DNA of 56,778 nucleotides. It comes from an uncultured Candidatus Actinomarina sp. (lineage in GTDB: Bacteria > Actinomycetota > Acidimicrobiia > Actinomarinales > Actinomarinaceae). How positions within the stretch are numbered: the first letter of the stretch is position 1; every line of letters begins with the position of its first letter. Position numbers and translations under genes: made by a program. The notes under the pieces are model-generated. The model had not been told where the DNA came from and did no database searches. It worked only from the letters and a program-made list of their open reading frames with translations. Positions 9,513 through 19,821 of this stretch are shown here, in pieces. The DNA lies in NCBI GenBank assembly GCA_902566515.1, contig CACFIX010000006.1:1-56778 (forward strand), read 5' to 3'.

Positions 9513-10376
9513 CTATGACAGAATTTTTTTAATTTCTTTTTTCCACTCTTTAAGTGAATCTTGAATATCAGTACCCATATCATAGGAATGTTCTTCACTT
9601 GGAAAGTCAGAATTTTCTATATCTTTTTTATATTCAACCAGTGCTTTAACTGTTGAATCATATTGCTCACCATATCTCTTAACAAATTTAGCATCAATGT
9701 ATTCTTTAGATTTCATGCCGATGAGATCATGGATTACAAGAACTTGTCCATCTGTATGCTTTCCAGCACCTATGCCAATTGTTGGTATTGTTAAATTCTC
9801 TGATATAGATTGAGCAACAATAGTAGGAACTCCTTCTAACACAATTGCAAAACATCCTGTTTCTTGTAAAAGAAGAGCATCTTCAAAAAGTTTTTTAGCT
9901 AGATCTAGGGTTTTACCTTGAATTTTGTAACCCCCCATTAAGTTTTTTGATTGTGGCGTTAAACCCAAATGACCCATCACTGGAATTTCAGCATCTATTA
10001 ATGCATTTATAACTTCTTTTCTTTTTTCTCCGCCCTCTACTTTTACAGCATCTGCTTTACCTTCTTGTATGAATCTTCCAGCGTTTTTCAATGAATCAGA
10101 AATATTTATGTGATATGACAAATAAGGCATATCTGCAACAACTAATGAAGACGGGCTGGCATTCGTGACCGCTTTTACATGGTGTAGCATTTCATCAACA
10201 GTCACAGATAGTGTATCGTCATGACCTAAAACAACCTGTGCTAAAGAATCACCAACTAAAATAATGTCAATTTCGGCTTCTGAAACTGCTTTTGCAGTTG
10301 GATAATCATAAGCAGTCATCATGGAGATAACTCGATTGCCTTTTAAGTTATTAATATAAGGTACTGTTTTTTTCAT
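9513..10376 (-). CDS. panB: 3-methyl-2-oxobutanoate hydroxymethyltransferase
   Basis: TAYDY, LVGDSL, ADMPY, VKVEGG, GHLGLTPQ, IGIGAG, DGQVLV. Confidence 0.97.
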   Translation of the reverse strand: MKKTVPYINNLKGNRVISMMTAYDYPTAKAVSEAEIDIILVGDSLAQVVLGHDDTLSVTVDEMLHHVKAVTNASPSSLVVADMPYLSYHINISDSLKNAGRFIQEGKADAVKVEGGEKRKEVINALIDAEIPVMGHLGLTPQSKNLMGGYKIQGKTLDLAKKLFEDALLLQETGCFAIVLEGVPTIVAQSISENLTIPTIGIGAGKHTDGQVLVIHDLIGMKSKEYIDAKFVKRYGEQYDSTVKALVEYKKDIENSDFPSEEHSYDMGTDIQDSLKEWKKEIKKILS

Positions 10377-10497
10377 TTTCCTCTCTCCGCTTTAATAAGT
10401 CGAAGGATTCATATCTATTCTATTAAATTTTTATTATTAAACAAGATACTTATTGATATGATTTATTATTTCTAAACATTGCCAATAACATCAAGAT

Positions 10498-11103
10498 GTG
10501 AGTTATTTAAAATATTTATTCTTATTAATATTTATATCATGTTCAGTAACTAGCCCAGGAATTGTAATGAATGACAATGGATACGAAAAAGCTTATTTTG
10601 CCGGTGGTTGCTTTTGGTGTATGGAGCCTCCATTCGAAGCAATGGAAGGTGTGATTGAAGCCACATCGGGATATATGGGAGGTACTACAGAAAATCCTAC
10701 ATATGAGGAGGTCACTACAGGCGAGACTGGACATGCAGAAGTAGTAGAAATCTTATTTGATCCTAAAATTGTTACATATGAAGAGTTGTTAGAAGTGTTC
10801 TGGAGAAATATTGATCCAACAGCATTGAATTATCAATTTGCAGATGTTGGGTCACAATATAGAACTGAGATCTTTACAGTTGGCAGTGAACAGAAAGATT
10901 TAGCCGAACAATCTAAAGTCGAATTAGAAAATTCAGGTAAATTTAATAAACCAATTGTGACTGCAATTTCAGAAGCACCTGCATTTTATATCGCTGAAGA
11001 ATATCATCAGGATTTTTATAAAAAGCAAAGTATGCGTTATCAAATGTATGCAAAAGCCAGCGGAAGAAAAGGGTTTCTCGAAGACACATGGGGAGAAGAC
11101 TAA
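10498..11103 (+). CDS. msrA: Peptide-methionine (S)-S-oxide reductase with lipoprotein-like signal
   Basis: FAGGCFWC, GYMGG, TGHAE, AEEYHQDFY; N-terminal hydrophobic stretch ending ISC. Confidence 0.95.
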   Translation: MSYLKYLFLLIFISCSVTSPGIVMNDNGYEKAYFAGGCFWCMEPPFEAMEGVIEATSGYMGGTTENPTYEEVTTGETGHAEVVEILFDPKIVTYEELLEVFWRNIDPTALNYQFADVGSQYRTEIFTVGSEQKDLAEQSKVELENSGKFNKPIVTAISEAPAFYIAEEYHQDFYKKQSMRYQMYAKASGRKGFLEDTWGED

Positions 11104-12065
11104 TACATAATTGTTTTAGTTAAATGATGAGGCCTCTCGTCAGCATGAAAATCAGTCCAAAGTTTGAAATCTAATTGTGGAATTAAAATTTTTTCTTCCT
11201 CTTTTTTATAATTATTTATAAGCTCTGTTAATTTTGCTGTTACATATATTGAAGTAGATCTGATTTCAATTTCCTCAATAGAATCTCTATCAACAAGAAT
11301 TCCTGAATCTATTTTTTCCTTTAATTCAGATGAGTATTTAACAATTCCAAAACTCTCTAATGCAACTGGAATAATATAATCAGCAAATGCTGTCATGTTC
11401 TCCATGTCCTCTATGTAAAAAAATATTTTTGAAAGCTCTCTGTGGATTCCCCAAAATGCTAGCTGAGCCAATTTAAGAAAATATACCTTTTCATTTTCAA
11501 AAATTGAATGGTCATCAAATCTTTTAAAATCTCTAACTAGTCTTTCAACTAAGCCTTCTCCATTGTTGTACAGTTTTTTGGGCCCATCGTCTATGAAATT
11601 TATCCAATCACCATCGTATTTTGTGACTAAAGTATCTCCAACATTATTAAGTATTTCGACTTTTTCATCTGCCATAGGCATTTCAATATTCCCAGTAAAA
11701 ATTCTCTTGAATTCTTCTAAGTTCATATCTCTCATAAAGCTACCTTGAGTAAGAGGGACTCCTTCAAGTAAAGCTTTATCGACTTGATAAACCATTGCAT
11801 CAGTATCCGATAGGTTCTCAATTTTATATTTCACAGAAGTTGAAAAATCAGTAAATACAAAATTTAAAGTATTTATTAACATTGTTTTTCTTATATATTC
11901 AACTGGAACAATGTTTGGATTTCCCACATAATTGATTCCAAAATCTTCTTTGCTTAAGTTAATCGCTGATTCATGTAATTTTTCTATATCTATTTCCAAA
12001 CAAGAAAGTTGTGGAATGACCTTTGAAACCGATGATAAAACTTTTGATTCCCAATTAATTTCCAT
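11100..12065 (-). CDS. Queuosine salvage N-glycosylase/hydrolase (DUF2419/Qng1 family)
   Basis: FLKLAQL, TAFADYIIP..L, YS.EL, EIEIR and C-terminal PHHLTKTIMY motifs. Confidence 0.85.
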   Translation of the reverse strand: MEINWESKVLSSVSKVIPQLSCLEIDIEKLHESAINLSKEDFGINYVGNPNIVPVEYIRKTMLINTLNFVFTDFSTSVKYKIENLSDTDAMVYQVDKALLEGVPLTQGSFMRDMNLEEFKRIFTGNIEMPMADEKVEILNNVGDTLVTKYDGDWINFIDDGPKKLYNNGEGLVERLVRDFKRFDDHSIFENEKVYFLKLAQLAFWGIHRELSKIFFYIEDMENMTAFADYIIPVALESFGIVKYSSELKEKIDSGILVDRDSIEEIEIRSTSIYVTAKLTELINNYKKEEEKILIPQLDFKLWTDFHADERPHHLTKTIMY

Positions 12066-12115
12066 GTAAAAATCCTAATAGATTTTAAACAAATAATTTT
12101 TTATACTTTTAGATT

Positions 12116-12985
12116 ATGAAACCGAAAATATGCGTTGTTGGAAGTGCAAATATTGATCAAGTATCTTATGTAAAAAGAGCACCGAATGATGGGGAGACAC
12201 TCTTTGGGAAAGATTATCAAATGGGCTTTGGTGGAAAAGGGGCAAACCAAGCAGTAATGGCAGGGCTTTTAGGCGCTGAGGTTTATGTAATTACCTGTCT
12301 TGGTAGTGATGTCTATAGAGAGATGACAATTGAAAATTTTAAAAACAACAATGTGATTACTGACTATATTCAGACAGTCGAAGGATCAAGCGGTGTTGCA
12401 CCTATTTGGGTTGATGAGTCTGGACAAAACAGGATTGTTGTAATACCTGGTGCAAATAATTTATTAGATAGTTCATTAGCGATAGAGTCTTTAGGAAAAA
12501 TTGGTAAACCCGATGTGCTTGTCGGTCAGTTTGAAATACCTATGAGTGTAAACGAGGAGGTTTTTTCTTATGCCTACAAAAATGGTGTTAAGACAATACT
12601 CAATCCCGCTCCAGCAAATAAACCGACCGACATACTTCTCGAACATACAACTTGGTTTATTCCTAATGAAGTGGAATTTGAAGAAATTTATGGTGAAGTA
12701 TTTAATGAAGATAATTTACTTTTATTTGCAAATGATCTCAAAACGAATGTTGTAGTAACTCTAGGTGAAAAGGGTTGTGCCTATATAAAAAATAATTCCG
12801 TAAAGATAATGAACACTGATTCAGTTAAAGCAATAGATACAACTGGTGCAGGTGATGCTTTTGTAGGTGCTTTCTCATTCGGATTAGCAAGTAAATTAGA
12901 AATTGAAGAGTGTTTAAAACTAGCACTTCAAAAAGCAACAGACTCTGTAACGAAAAAAGGTACTCAGAGCTCTTACAAGAATTAG
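12116..12985 (+). CDS. rbsK: Ribokinase
   Basis: GGKGANQAV, NPAPA, PNEVE, DTTGAGDAF. Confidence 0.93.
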   Translation: MKPKICVVGSANIDQVSYVKRAPNDGETLFGKDYQMGFGGKGANQAVMAGLLGAEVYVITCLGSDVYREMTIENFKNNNVITDYIQTVEGSSGVAPIWVDESGQNRIVVIPGANNLLDSSLAIESLGKIGKPDVLVGQFEIPMSVNEEVFSYAYKNGVKTILNPAPANKPTDILLEHTTWFIPNEVEFEEIYGEVFNEDNLLLFANDLKTNVVVTLGEKGCAYIKNNSVKIMNTDSVKAIDTTGAGDAFVGAFSFGLASKLEIEECLKLALQKATDSVTKKGTQSSYKN

Positions 12986-13752
12986 GTAGGAATTTTTAAG
13001 CTTGCTTCCAAAATTATGTTCGTAGCATTATTTACAGATTCAAGATACTCTTCTTTACTAAGAGCTTCTTGTCTGTTTTGATCCCCATAAACTACAAGCA
13101 GAGCACCTGTTCTAACTTTTCTATAACTACCAACAACAAAAAGAGTTGATGCTTCCATCTCTGAACATAAAACACCGCCCTTTACCCAGGCATCCCATTT
13201 TTGATTAAGCTGATAAGAAACTGGCATGGAATCTGGATCATGTTGACCATAAAAAGAATCCTTAGATTGAACTACTCCAATGTGGTATTTAACATCTTTT
13301 TCTTTTGCTGCTTCTTCTAGAGCATAAACCATGTCTGCAGATGGTACAGCAGGAAACTCTATTGGCATGTACTGAGGAGAAGTTCCTTCTTGTCTTACGG
13401 CACCATTTGCAATAATAAAATCACCGACCCTTGTGTGCTCCTGCATCGCACCTGAAGTACCAATCCTGACTAAGGTTTTTGCGCCAATATTGGCTAATTC
13501 TTCAATTGCAATCGCTGCAGAAGGGCAACCAATGCCTGTGGAAGTAACACTTACTGGTCGTCCTTTATATGTACCAGTTACAGTTTTGTATTCCCTGTTA
13601 AATGCAATTTCTTTAGGGTTGTCAAAATGCTGTGCAATAAAATCAACTCTTCCTGGATCTCCAGGGAGAATAACAAAATCAGCAATATCCCCCTCTTTTA
13701 ATTGTATGTGATACTGCTTTTCACCATCTAACATAGACTTTTTTTCTGACAT
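12982..13752 (-). CDS. udp: Uridine phosphorylase
   Basis: QYHI, LPGDPGRV, STGIGCPS, RIGTSGA, DSFYGQ, EMEAST. Confidence 0.93.
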   Translation of the reverse strand: MSEKKSMLDGEKQYHIQLKEGDIADFVILPGDPGRVDFIAQHFDNPKEIAFNREYKTVTGTYKGRPVSVTSTGIGCPSAAIAIEELANIGAKTLVRIGTSGAMQEHTRVGDFIIANGAVRQEGTSPQYMPIEFPAVPSADMVYALEEAAKEKDVKYHIGVVQSKDSFYGQHDPDSMPVSYQLNQKWDAWVKGGVLCSEMEASTLFVVGSYRKVRTGALLVVYGDQNRQEALSKEEYLESVNNATNIILEASLKIPT

Positions 13753-13839
13753 AAAAAAATGTTATCAACAAGTAACAGATTGTCACTAATTTTTTATAAA
13801 ATCTATAGAAATTTCTTTGTAAACTGATACTTTAGAACT

Positions 13840-15039
13840 ATGACGATTCCAGAAATAGATTTTCCAAGCAGTGATTTAGATTTCATTAAAGACCCTTATC
13901 CCTTTATGAAAGACTTAAGAGAAATGTCACCGGTAGTACTAGATAAAACAACTGATTTACAACTTGTAACAAGATTTGATGGTGTTAAAAATATTCAAAC
14001 AAGTAAGAACTTTTCATCTAGTCCACCTAATGATTTAGAAGGTTCGAAGTCTTCAATTATCGATCCTAAGGAATATGAATACTTTTGGAAAACTGAAGAA
14101 TTCTCTCTACTTAACCTAGAAGGTCAGTTGCATGGTGATTTAAGAAATCTTGTTGCAAAAGCTTTTTCAAATAGACAGGTACAGGAACTAAGGCCTTTTA
14201 TGGAAAATAAATCCTCAAGTTTATTGGAAAGTTTAAGAGGTGAAGAATTTGATCTTCTTAAAGATTATGCACAGCCGTATTCAATTTCTGTAATTGGTAA
14301 ATTGCTAGGTGTTCCAGAAGATATGTATGAAAAATTTTTAGATTGGTCTAACAAAATTGTAAAAATGTATGACTTAAAAGTAAGTGAAGAGGACTCTGCT
14401 GCTGCAGAAAATGCAGCTAAAGAATTCTATGAATATACATTGTCACTTATAGGCCAGAAAGTGAGCACTCCTGGAGATGATATGATTACAAGACTTGCTC
14501 ATGTAACTGAAAATAATCAGAAATTAACTAAGAATCAGATAATCTGCACAGTTATTTTGTTGCTCAATGCTGGTCATGAGGCAACAGTAAATACTATTGG
14601 AAACTCTATTGTGACGCTTGCAAATAATAACATTGATACCTTAAATCTTGATAAAACATACAATATTAAAAACATTATCGAAGAACTTATAAGGTTTGAT
14701 AGTCCCCTTCAGTTCTTCCAGAGGTGGGTTTTAGATGATGATTATGTTGGAGGTGTAGAAGTAAAAAAACACTCTAAGGTGGCCATATTATTAGGGTCTG
14801 CAAATAGAGATGCAGATAGTTTTATGGAGCCAGACCAAATAAACTTTGAAAGATCAAATCTTAGTCATACTAGTTTTGGAGGTGGAGTACATTTTTGTTT
14901 AGGTGCACATTTAGCAAGATTGGAACTAGAAGTTTCTTTTCACAATCTATTTTCAAATTCTATTTTGTTAGAAAACCAACCTGAGAGAACTGGTGCATTT
15001 GGAATACGTGGCTACAAGGAAATAGAAGTAAAAATCTAA
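13840..15039 (+). CDS. Cytochrome P450
   Basis: AGHEAT I-helix, EELIR, SANRD, FGGGVHFCLG heme ligand. Confidence 0.96.
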   Translation: MTIPEIDFPSSDLDFIKDPYPFMKDLREMSPVVLDKTTDLQLVTRFDGVKNIQTSKNFSSSPPNDLEGSKSSIIDPKEYEYFWKTEEFSLLNLEGQLHGDLRNLVAKAFSNRQVQELRPFMENKSSSLLESLRGEEFDLLKDYAQPYSISVIGKLLGVPEDMYEKFLDWSNKIVKMYDLKVSEEDSAAAENAAKEFYEYTLSLIGQKVSTPGDDMITRLAHVTENNQKLTKNQIICTVILLLNAGHEATVNTIGNSIVTLANNNIDTLNLDKTYNIKNIIEELIRFDSPLQFFQRWVLDDDYVGGVEVKKHSKVAILLGSANRDADSFMEPDQINFERSNLSHTSFGGGVHFCLGAHLARLELEVSFHNLFSNSILLENQPERTGAFGIRGYKEIEVKI

Positions 15040-15083
15040 ACTTTTTTAGTGTTTAATACGTATGTTCACCCTAATATTCATAT

Positions 15084-16250
15084 ATGGGGAAATCTAAAAA
15101 ATACGGCATGAATACTAAAGCACTTCATGCAAATAAAAGATTCGAACCTATCTCAGGCGACGTCATGCCTCCTCTTCATTTATCCACTACATATATAAAT
15201 GACGTGCCGGGTGAGTCAGAATATTTTTACGGGAGAGTAAATAATCCAACTAGAGAGTTGTTTGAACGAACTCTCGCTTCCCTAGAAGGTATTGAAAATT
15301 ACGAAGAACAGCATGCATTTGCTATGGCTTCAGGCATGTCTGCCATTAGCTTGATAGCGGAACTAGCAAAACCAGGTGACAATGTGATAATAACAAAAGA
15401 TGTCTATGGAGGAACAACCAATTATTTTTCAAAAATTATTAGAGAACGCGATGTAGAGGTTAATTTTTGTGATTTTTCAGATACAGAAAAGCTAGACAGT
15501 CTACTTAATGAGAAAACAAAACTGGCATGGATTGAATCTCCTTCAAACCCGTCTATGAACTTATATGATTTACAAAAAATATCTGAAGTTGTTCATAACT
15601 ACCCAACACTTCTAGTTGCTGACGGCACATTCTCAACACCATTTATAACAAGACCTTTTGAACACGGTGTAGATATCATAATGCACTCTACAACAAAGTA
15701 TATTGGTGGGCACAGCGACACACTAGGTGGTGCTGTGGTTTGCAAAGATCCTGAACTTCATGAGACTTTAATGCTATATCAAAGACAAGGCGGAGCGATA
15801 ATGTCTCCTTTTGATTCTTATCTTGTCCAGAGGGGACTTTACTCACTTGGTCCTAGAATTAAATTACATTCCGAAAATGCTCATAAATTAGCAGAATATT
15901 TAGAAAACTCAGAACACATCAGAGAAGTAAGATACCCAGGCCTTAAAGAATTCGAAAATCATGAAATTGCTGTAAAACAAATGGATTATTTTGGGGGTAT
16001 GCTTAGTTTTTATCTCGAGGAGAATATTAATCAAGAGAAATTTTGGAAATCTCTTGAGCTTTATAAGTTAGCAGTGAGCCTTGGAGGAGTTGAAACATTG
16101 ATTGAGCTTCCATATCTGATGACTCACGATAACGCTCAAGAAACAGAAGCTAGTGCTCCAATAGATCTGATCAGAATTTCCACAGGGCTTGAAAACATTG
16201 AAGACTTAATTGAAGATATGGACACAGCCTTAAATGCTGCAAAAAAATAA
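15084..16250 (+). CDS. Cystathionine gamma-synthase/gamma-lyase family PLP enzyme
   Basis: YGRVNNPT, SGMSAI, ESPSNP, HSTTKYIGGHSD, SLGGVE, IRISTGLE. Confidence 0.93.
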   Translation: MGKSKKYGMNTKALHANKRFEPISGDVMPPLHLSTTYINDVPGESEYFYGRVNNPTRELFERTLASLEGIENYEEQHAFAMASGMSAISLIAELAKPGDNVIITKDVYGGTTNYFSKIIRERDVEVNFCDFSDTEKLDSLLNEKTKLAWIESPSNPSMNLYDLQKISEVVHNYPTLLVADGTFSTPFITRPFEHGVDIIMHSTTKYIGGHSDTLGGAVVCKDPELHETLMLYQRQGGAIMSPFDSYLVQRGLYSLGPRIKLHSENAHKLAEYLENSEHIREVRYPGLKEFENHEIAVKQMDYFGGMLSFYLEENINQEKFWKSLELYKLAVSLGGVETLIELPYLMTHDNAQETEASAPIDLIRISTGLENIEDLIEDMDTALNAAKK

Positions 16251-17193
16251 TTTAAACTCCAATTATTTTTCTTATGCAATATATTCAGTATTTTTAACTG
16301 CTTTACTCTTTATTATCTTTGGTGCAAATGGTTGGGGAACTGCAGCAAAAAATGAACAAGCTATTGGAGAAATTTCTAGATGGTGTGAAAGAGTAAGCGG
16401 AGGTTTTTTTAGAGAACCATCTAACACACTTGGTAATCTTGGTTTTGTAGTAGTCGGCCTTTATATGTTTTACAAGTTGTCAGATGATGCGACCAACAAC
16501 AAGTCACCTATGTTTGGTTCTTACAAAATTGCTTTGCTATATGCTGCAGCATCTACATTTTTAGGTCCAGGCTCTATGGCAATGCATGGAACTCACACAG
16601 AATTTGGTGCGTGGTTAGATAATGTTTCTATGATTGCTTACATTTTGCTTCTCTGGATATACAATTTAAAAAAATTAACTCATTTCTCAAATAGGGTTTA
16701 TTTTTCATCATATACAATATTGCTTACTTACTATGCATACAGCTATTGGTATTTAGATTCTGGACTTGGAATAGGAGTAAATTTATTTGAATTAAGCATA
16801 GGGCTTTGGATAGCAACTGAAGTATTAGTTAAGTTTCCAAATCTATTTGGAAGAATAATGTCAGGCTTAACTGTCTTGTTAATTCAGCAGCTTTTTGGTA
16901 GCCCTGTTGTGGAGTCTTTGCTTGATTTTCAAAACAATTGGGAGATGCTCCTGTATTTTGTACCAGCATTATTGCCTAATATAAAACCCAACATTAAAAG
17001 AATATATACTCCGTGGTTATTTATTGGATTTGCCTCGTTTTTTGGTGCTGTATTAATATGGGGAACTGGCGTTCCTGATCATCCATGGTGTAACCCTGAT
17101 TCATGGCTTCAAGCTCATATGGTATGGCATCTTTTGTGTGCACTTGCGACATTAAGCTTTTTCAACTTTTATAGACAAGAGACTAAAAAGTAA
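16234..17193 (+). CDS. Ceramidase-domain (CREST superfamily) membrane hydrolase
   Basis: WCE...EPSNTLGN, GS.AMH, D..SM and H..WH zinc motifs in a multi-TM protein. Confidence 0.85.
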   Translation: MLQKNNLNSNYFSYAIYSVFLTALLFIIFGANGWGTAAKNEQAIGEISRWCERVSGGFFREPSNTLGNLGFVVVGLYMFYKLSDDATNNKSPMFGSYKIALLYAAASTFLGPGSMAMHGTHTEFGAWLDNVSMIAYILLLWIYNLKKLTHFSNRVYFSSYTILLTYYAYSYWYLDSGLGIGVNLFELSIGLWIATEVLVKFPNLFGRIMSGLTVLLIQQLFGSPVVESLLDFQNNWEMLLYFVPALLPNIKPNIKRIYTPWLFIGFASFFGAVLIWGTGVPDHPWCNPDSWLQAHMVWHLLCALATLSFFNFYRQETKK

Positions 17194-17587
17194 TAGTCGC
17201 TATCCAGTCTGATATTTCTTGAACTGTTTGCGTATAAATTTTTAGGGCATGTTCTTCTGAGTCATAATGATCTCTTTTTGGGTCAACAAAAGATTTATGT
17301 ATTCTATTTTTTGCATTAGGAAAAACTGGACATAGTTCGTTTGCTGAATCACAAACAGTTAAAGCATAATCAAATTCAGAATCAAGGAAGTCATCTACTA
17401 ATTTCGGATAATGACTACTTATATCGATTCCTTTTTCTTGCATAACTCTTACAGCGTAAGGATTAACATTTGATTCGGGATGTGTTCCTGCCGAAAAAAC
17501 TTCGAAATCTGGAAATTTATTCTTTATTAAACCTTCTGCTATTTGAGAACGACATGAATTGCCAGTACATACAACAAGTATCTTCAT
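17183..17587 (-). CDS. arsC: Arsenate reductase, LMW-PTP fold
   Basis: CTGNSCRSQ P-loop, TVCD...CP, DP. Confidence 0.9.
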   Translation of the reverse strand: MKILVVCTGNSCRSQIAEGLIKNKFPDFEVFSAGTHPESNVNPYAVRVMQEKGIDISSHYPKLVDDFLDSEFDYALTVCDSANELCPVFPNAKNRIHKSFVDPKRDHYDSEEHALKIYTQTVQEISDWIATITF

Positions 17588-17621
17588 AGAACTATTTTAA
17601 ATCATACTGTATTGTTTAAGT

Positions 17622-17918
17622 ATGAGTTCAACAGAAAGTACCGAAAGAAAAACCACAAGAACCATAGAAAAAGTTGTTATGTCTTTTATGTACCTTTTAT
17701 TTGGTGTCATGTTATTAGCTGTGGCTTTTAGTGGTGAACCTGCTGGATTATTTGTAGTAATGCCTATTGCTGTTTTTAGTATTGGTTTAACTAAATGGGG
17801 ATTGAAGTGGCAAAACGATAGGTATATCCGCTCTGCAAAAAATGTAGATGCTATTGAAGTACTTTTTGTAGAAATAAGGGAATTAAAGAAAAGAGTAGAA
17901 GAATTGGAGAAAGAATGA
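17622..17918 (+). CDS. Hypothetical 2-TM protein with C-terminal coiled coil
   Basis: 98-aa ORF coupled to the next gene by ATGA overlap. Confidence 0.65.
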   Translation: MSSTESTERKTTRTIEKVVMSFMYLLFGVMLLAVAFSGEPAGLFVVMPIAVFSIGLTKWGLKWQNDRYIRSAKNVDAIEVLFVEIRELKKRVEELEKE

Positions 17919-18397
17919 TATCTGTTGAACTTTTAGCAAAGCATATGGCTTGGGCAAACCAAGAGATTTTTAAAGAAGTGAAAAAACTTGGTCCAGAGGT
18001 ACTTGATTACTATGTTGTTGATGAAGAATGGACAGTTAAAACAATAATGGTACATATTGTTGGCGCTTCATACTTATATAGTCAAAGATTACAAGAAAAA
18101 CCCTTTTCTAAGATTGAATTTGATATGGACAGCCCTGATTTAATTGATGACTTACTTGCGGCTCTTGAGAATATTGATAAAGATTTAATAGAACAAGCTT
18201 ATAAAGATGATAAAGAGATTGAATATGAGACATCAAAAGGTATGAGATCGAACAAAATCTCATTTATATTGTCTATGATGATTTTTCACGCCACAGAACA
18301 TAGAGCCCAAATTGTTGCAGCTTTAGACAAAAATAATGAGAGAAGTATAAATTTAGACGAATATAGTATTTTTGGTTATGTTCAACAACAAGGTTAA
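17915..18397 (+). CDS. DinB/YfiT-family protein
   Basis: H.AWAN, HI, and H..EHRAQI motifs. Confidence 0.85.
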   Translation: MISVELLAKHMAWANQEIFKEVKKLGPEVLDYYVVDEEWTVKTIMVHIVGASYLYSQRLQEKPFSKIEFDMDSPDLIDDLLAALENIDKDLIEQAYKDDKEIEYETSKGMRSNKISFILSMMIFHATEHRAQIVAALDKNNERSINLDEYSIFGYVQQQG

Positions 18398-18699
18398 GAG
18401 GTTTGTTTTTTTACCCAATCATCATATTCAGGAAGTGTATAGACGGGTTCTAAAACTGTAATTTTTGGAAGTTCGTATGGATGTCTTTGCGCTATGTTAT
18501 CTACAACTTCTCGCATAAGAGATTCTTTTGTGTACATAGATATTTCAAATTCCTGCTCTTCTACTAGTTTTTCTTTCCATTTATAAGAAGATTGGATTTC
18601 ATGAAAAGTGCCACATGCAATTTTGTTTGTTTCAACAAACAATTTAATTAATTCTTTGGCTTTTTTATCATCATCTACTGTGGTTTGAATTATTATCAT
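18394..18699 (-). CDS. cutA: Divalent-cation tolerance protein CutA
   Basis: IAC, S.Y.W and HPYELP motifs. Confidence 0.9.
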   Translation of the reverse strand: MIIIQTTVDDDKKAKELIKLFVETNKIACGTFHEIQSSYKWKEKLVEEQEFEISMYTKESLMREVVDNIAQRHPYELPKITVLEPVYTLPEYDDWVKKQTS

Positions 18700-19535
18700 A
18701 AATCTAAATTAAGTTCATTCGCCGTAAAAGTCCAGAGTTTATTTCTAATCTCCTCGTTATAAACAAATTTATTATGTTGCATGGTTGCTGGTTGACCATA
18801 GAAGCCAAAGAGTTTTGGGGCATAAACGCCTTCCGCGGAAACATTGTCTTCTTCAATTGCCTGAATAATAGGGGCTATACCTGTTTGAATATTTGTAGAA
18901 AAATAAGTGTAAAAAGATTTCTTGATTTTTTTGACTTCATAAGGTCTTGATTGTCTTGATTTTGTAACCCCTGGATGAGCAACAGCAACCGAGATTGAAG
19001 TTTTTTTAAGTTTATTCTCTAACTCAAGTGCAAATATAGATCTAAATAAATTTGTAAGGTTGTATCTACTGCTTGGAGAGAATCCAGTTTTTGAATGAAG
19101 AAGGTCCAGATGAAATTCTCTTGCAAGATACATTGAAAGGCTAGTTACTTGAACAATTCGTCCTGAGCTTCTGTGCAGGTTTTCTAAAAGCATCAAAGCT
19201 AATCTATAAGCACCAAAATAATTAACTGCAATCATTGACTCATAACCTTCTTCAGTAAGTTCAAAATCTCTATAAATTAAACCCGCATTATTGTATAAAA
19301 CGTCAATCTCTGAGAAGTTATTATTAATTTGTTTTACAAATTGTAAGATACTTGCTGGTTTTGATAAATCTAATTCTAAAAAGTGCGCATTGTTGCCGAG
19401 ATACTCCTCAGCCATCTTTCCTTTTACAGTATCTCTACAGCCAATTATGACTTTGTAGTTTTTAGAAATTAAGTCTTTTGCAACTGCTAGACCTATGCCT
19501 TTGTTGCCACCTGTGATTATTGCTGTTTTTGACAT
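18696..19535 (-). CDS. Short-chain dehydrogenase/reductase (retinol dehydrogenase-like)
   Basis: TGGNKGIG, LDLS, NNAG, AHPG; catalytic YxxxK reads YNLTN. Confidence 0.88.
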   Translation of the reverse strand: MSKTAIITGGNKGIGLAVAKDLISKNYKVIIGCRDTVKGKMAEEYLGNNAHFLELDLSKPASILQFVKQINNNFSEIDVLYNNAGLIYRDFELTEEGYESMIAVNYFGAYRLALMLLENLHRSSGRIVQVTSLSMYLAREFHLDLLHSKTGFSPSSRYNLTNLFRSIFALELENKLKKTSISVAVAHPGVTKSRQSRPYEVKKIKKSFYTYFSTNIQTGIAPIIQAIEEDNVSAEGVYAPKLFGFYGQPATMQHNKFVYNEEIRNKLWTFTANELNLDL

Positions 19536-19571
19536 TTTTTATTTAGTTTATTAATACCTACAATTAAATAA

Positions 19572-19793
19572 ATGTATTATTTATTAACTGGAATTGTTAT
19601 AGTTTCAATACTTAGGTACTTTAATTTAATTCCAAAAATGACAAGCAAGTTTTGGACATATGTTGATTATGCTTTAGTTCTTATAGCTTTTGTATTACTT
19701 TTATCGAGAATACCTCCTTTTTTCTCAGGAATTTTATTAACTGTTGTAGCTGGATATGCGTGGCGAAAAGGTTTTTTTGATAAATTTCGTTAA
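19572..19793 (+). CDS. Small hypothetical membrane protein
   Basis: 73 aa with three hydrophobic segments. Confidence 0.55.
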   Translation: MYYLLTGIVIVSILRYFNLIPKMTSKFWTYVDYALVLIAFVLLLSRIPPFFSGILLTVVAGYAWRKGFFDKFR

Positions 19794-19821
19794 CTGATTG
19801 CATCGTTGTTATGCTTGGATA

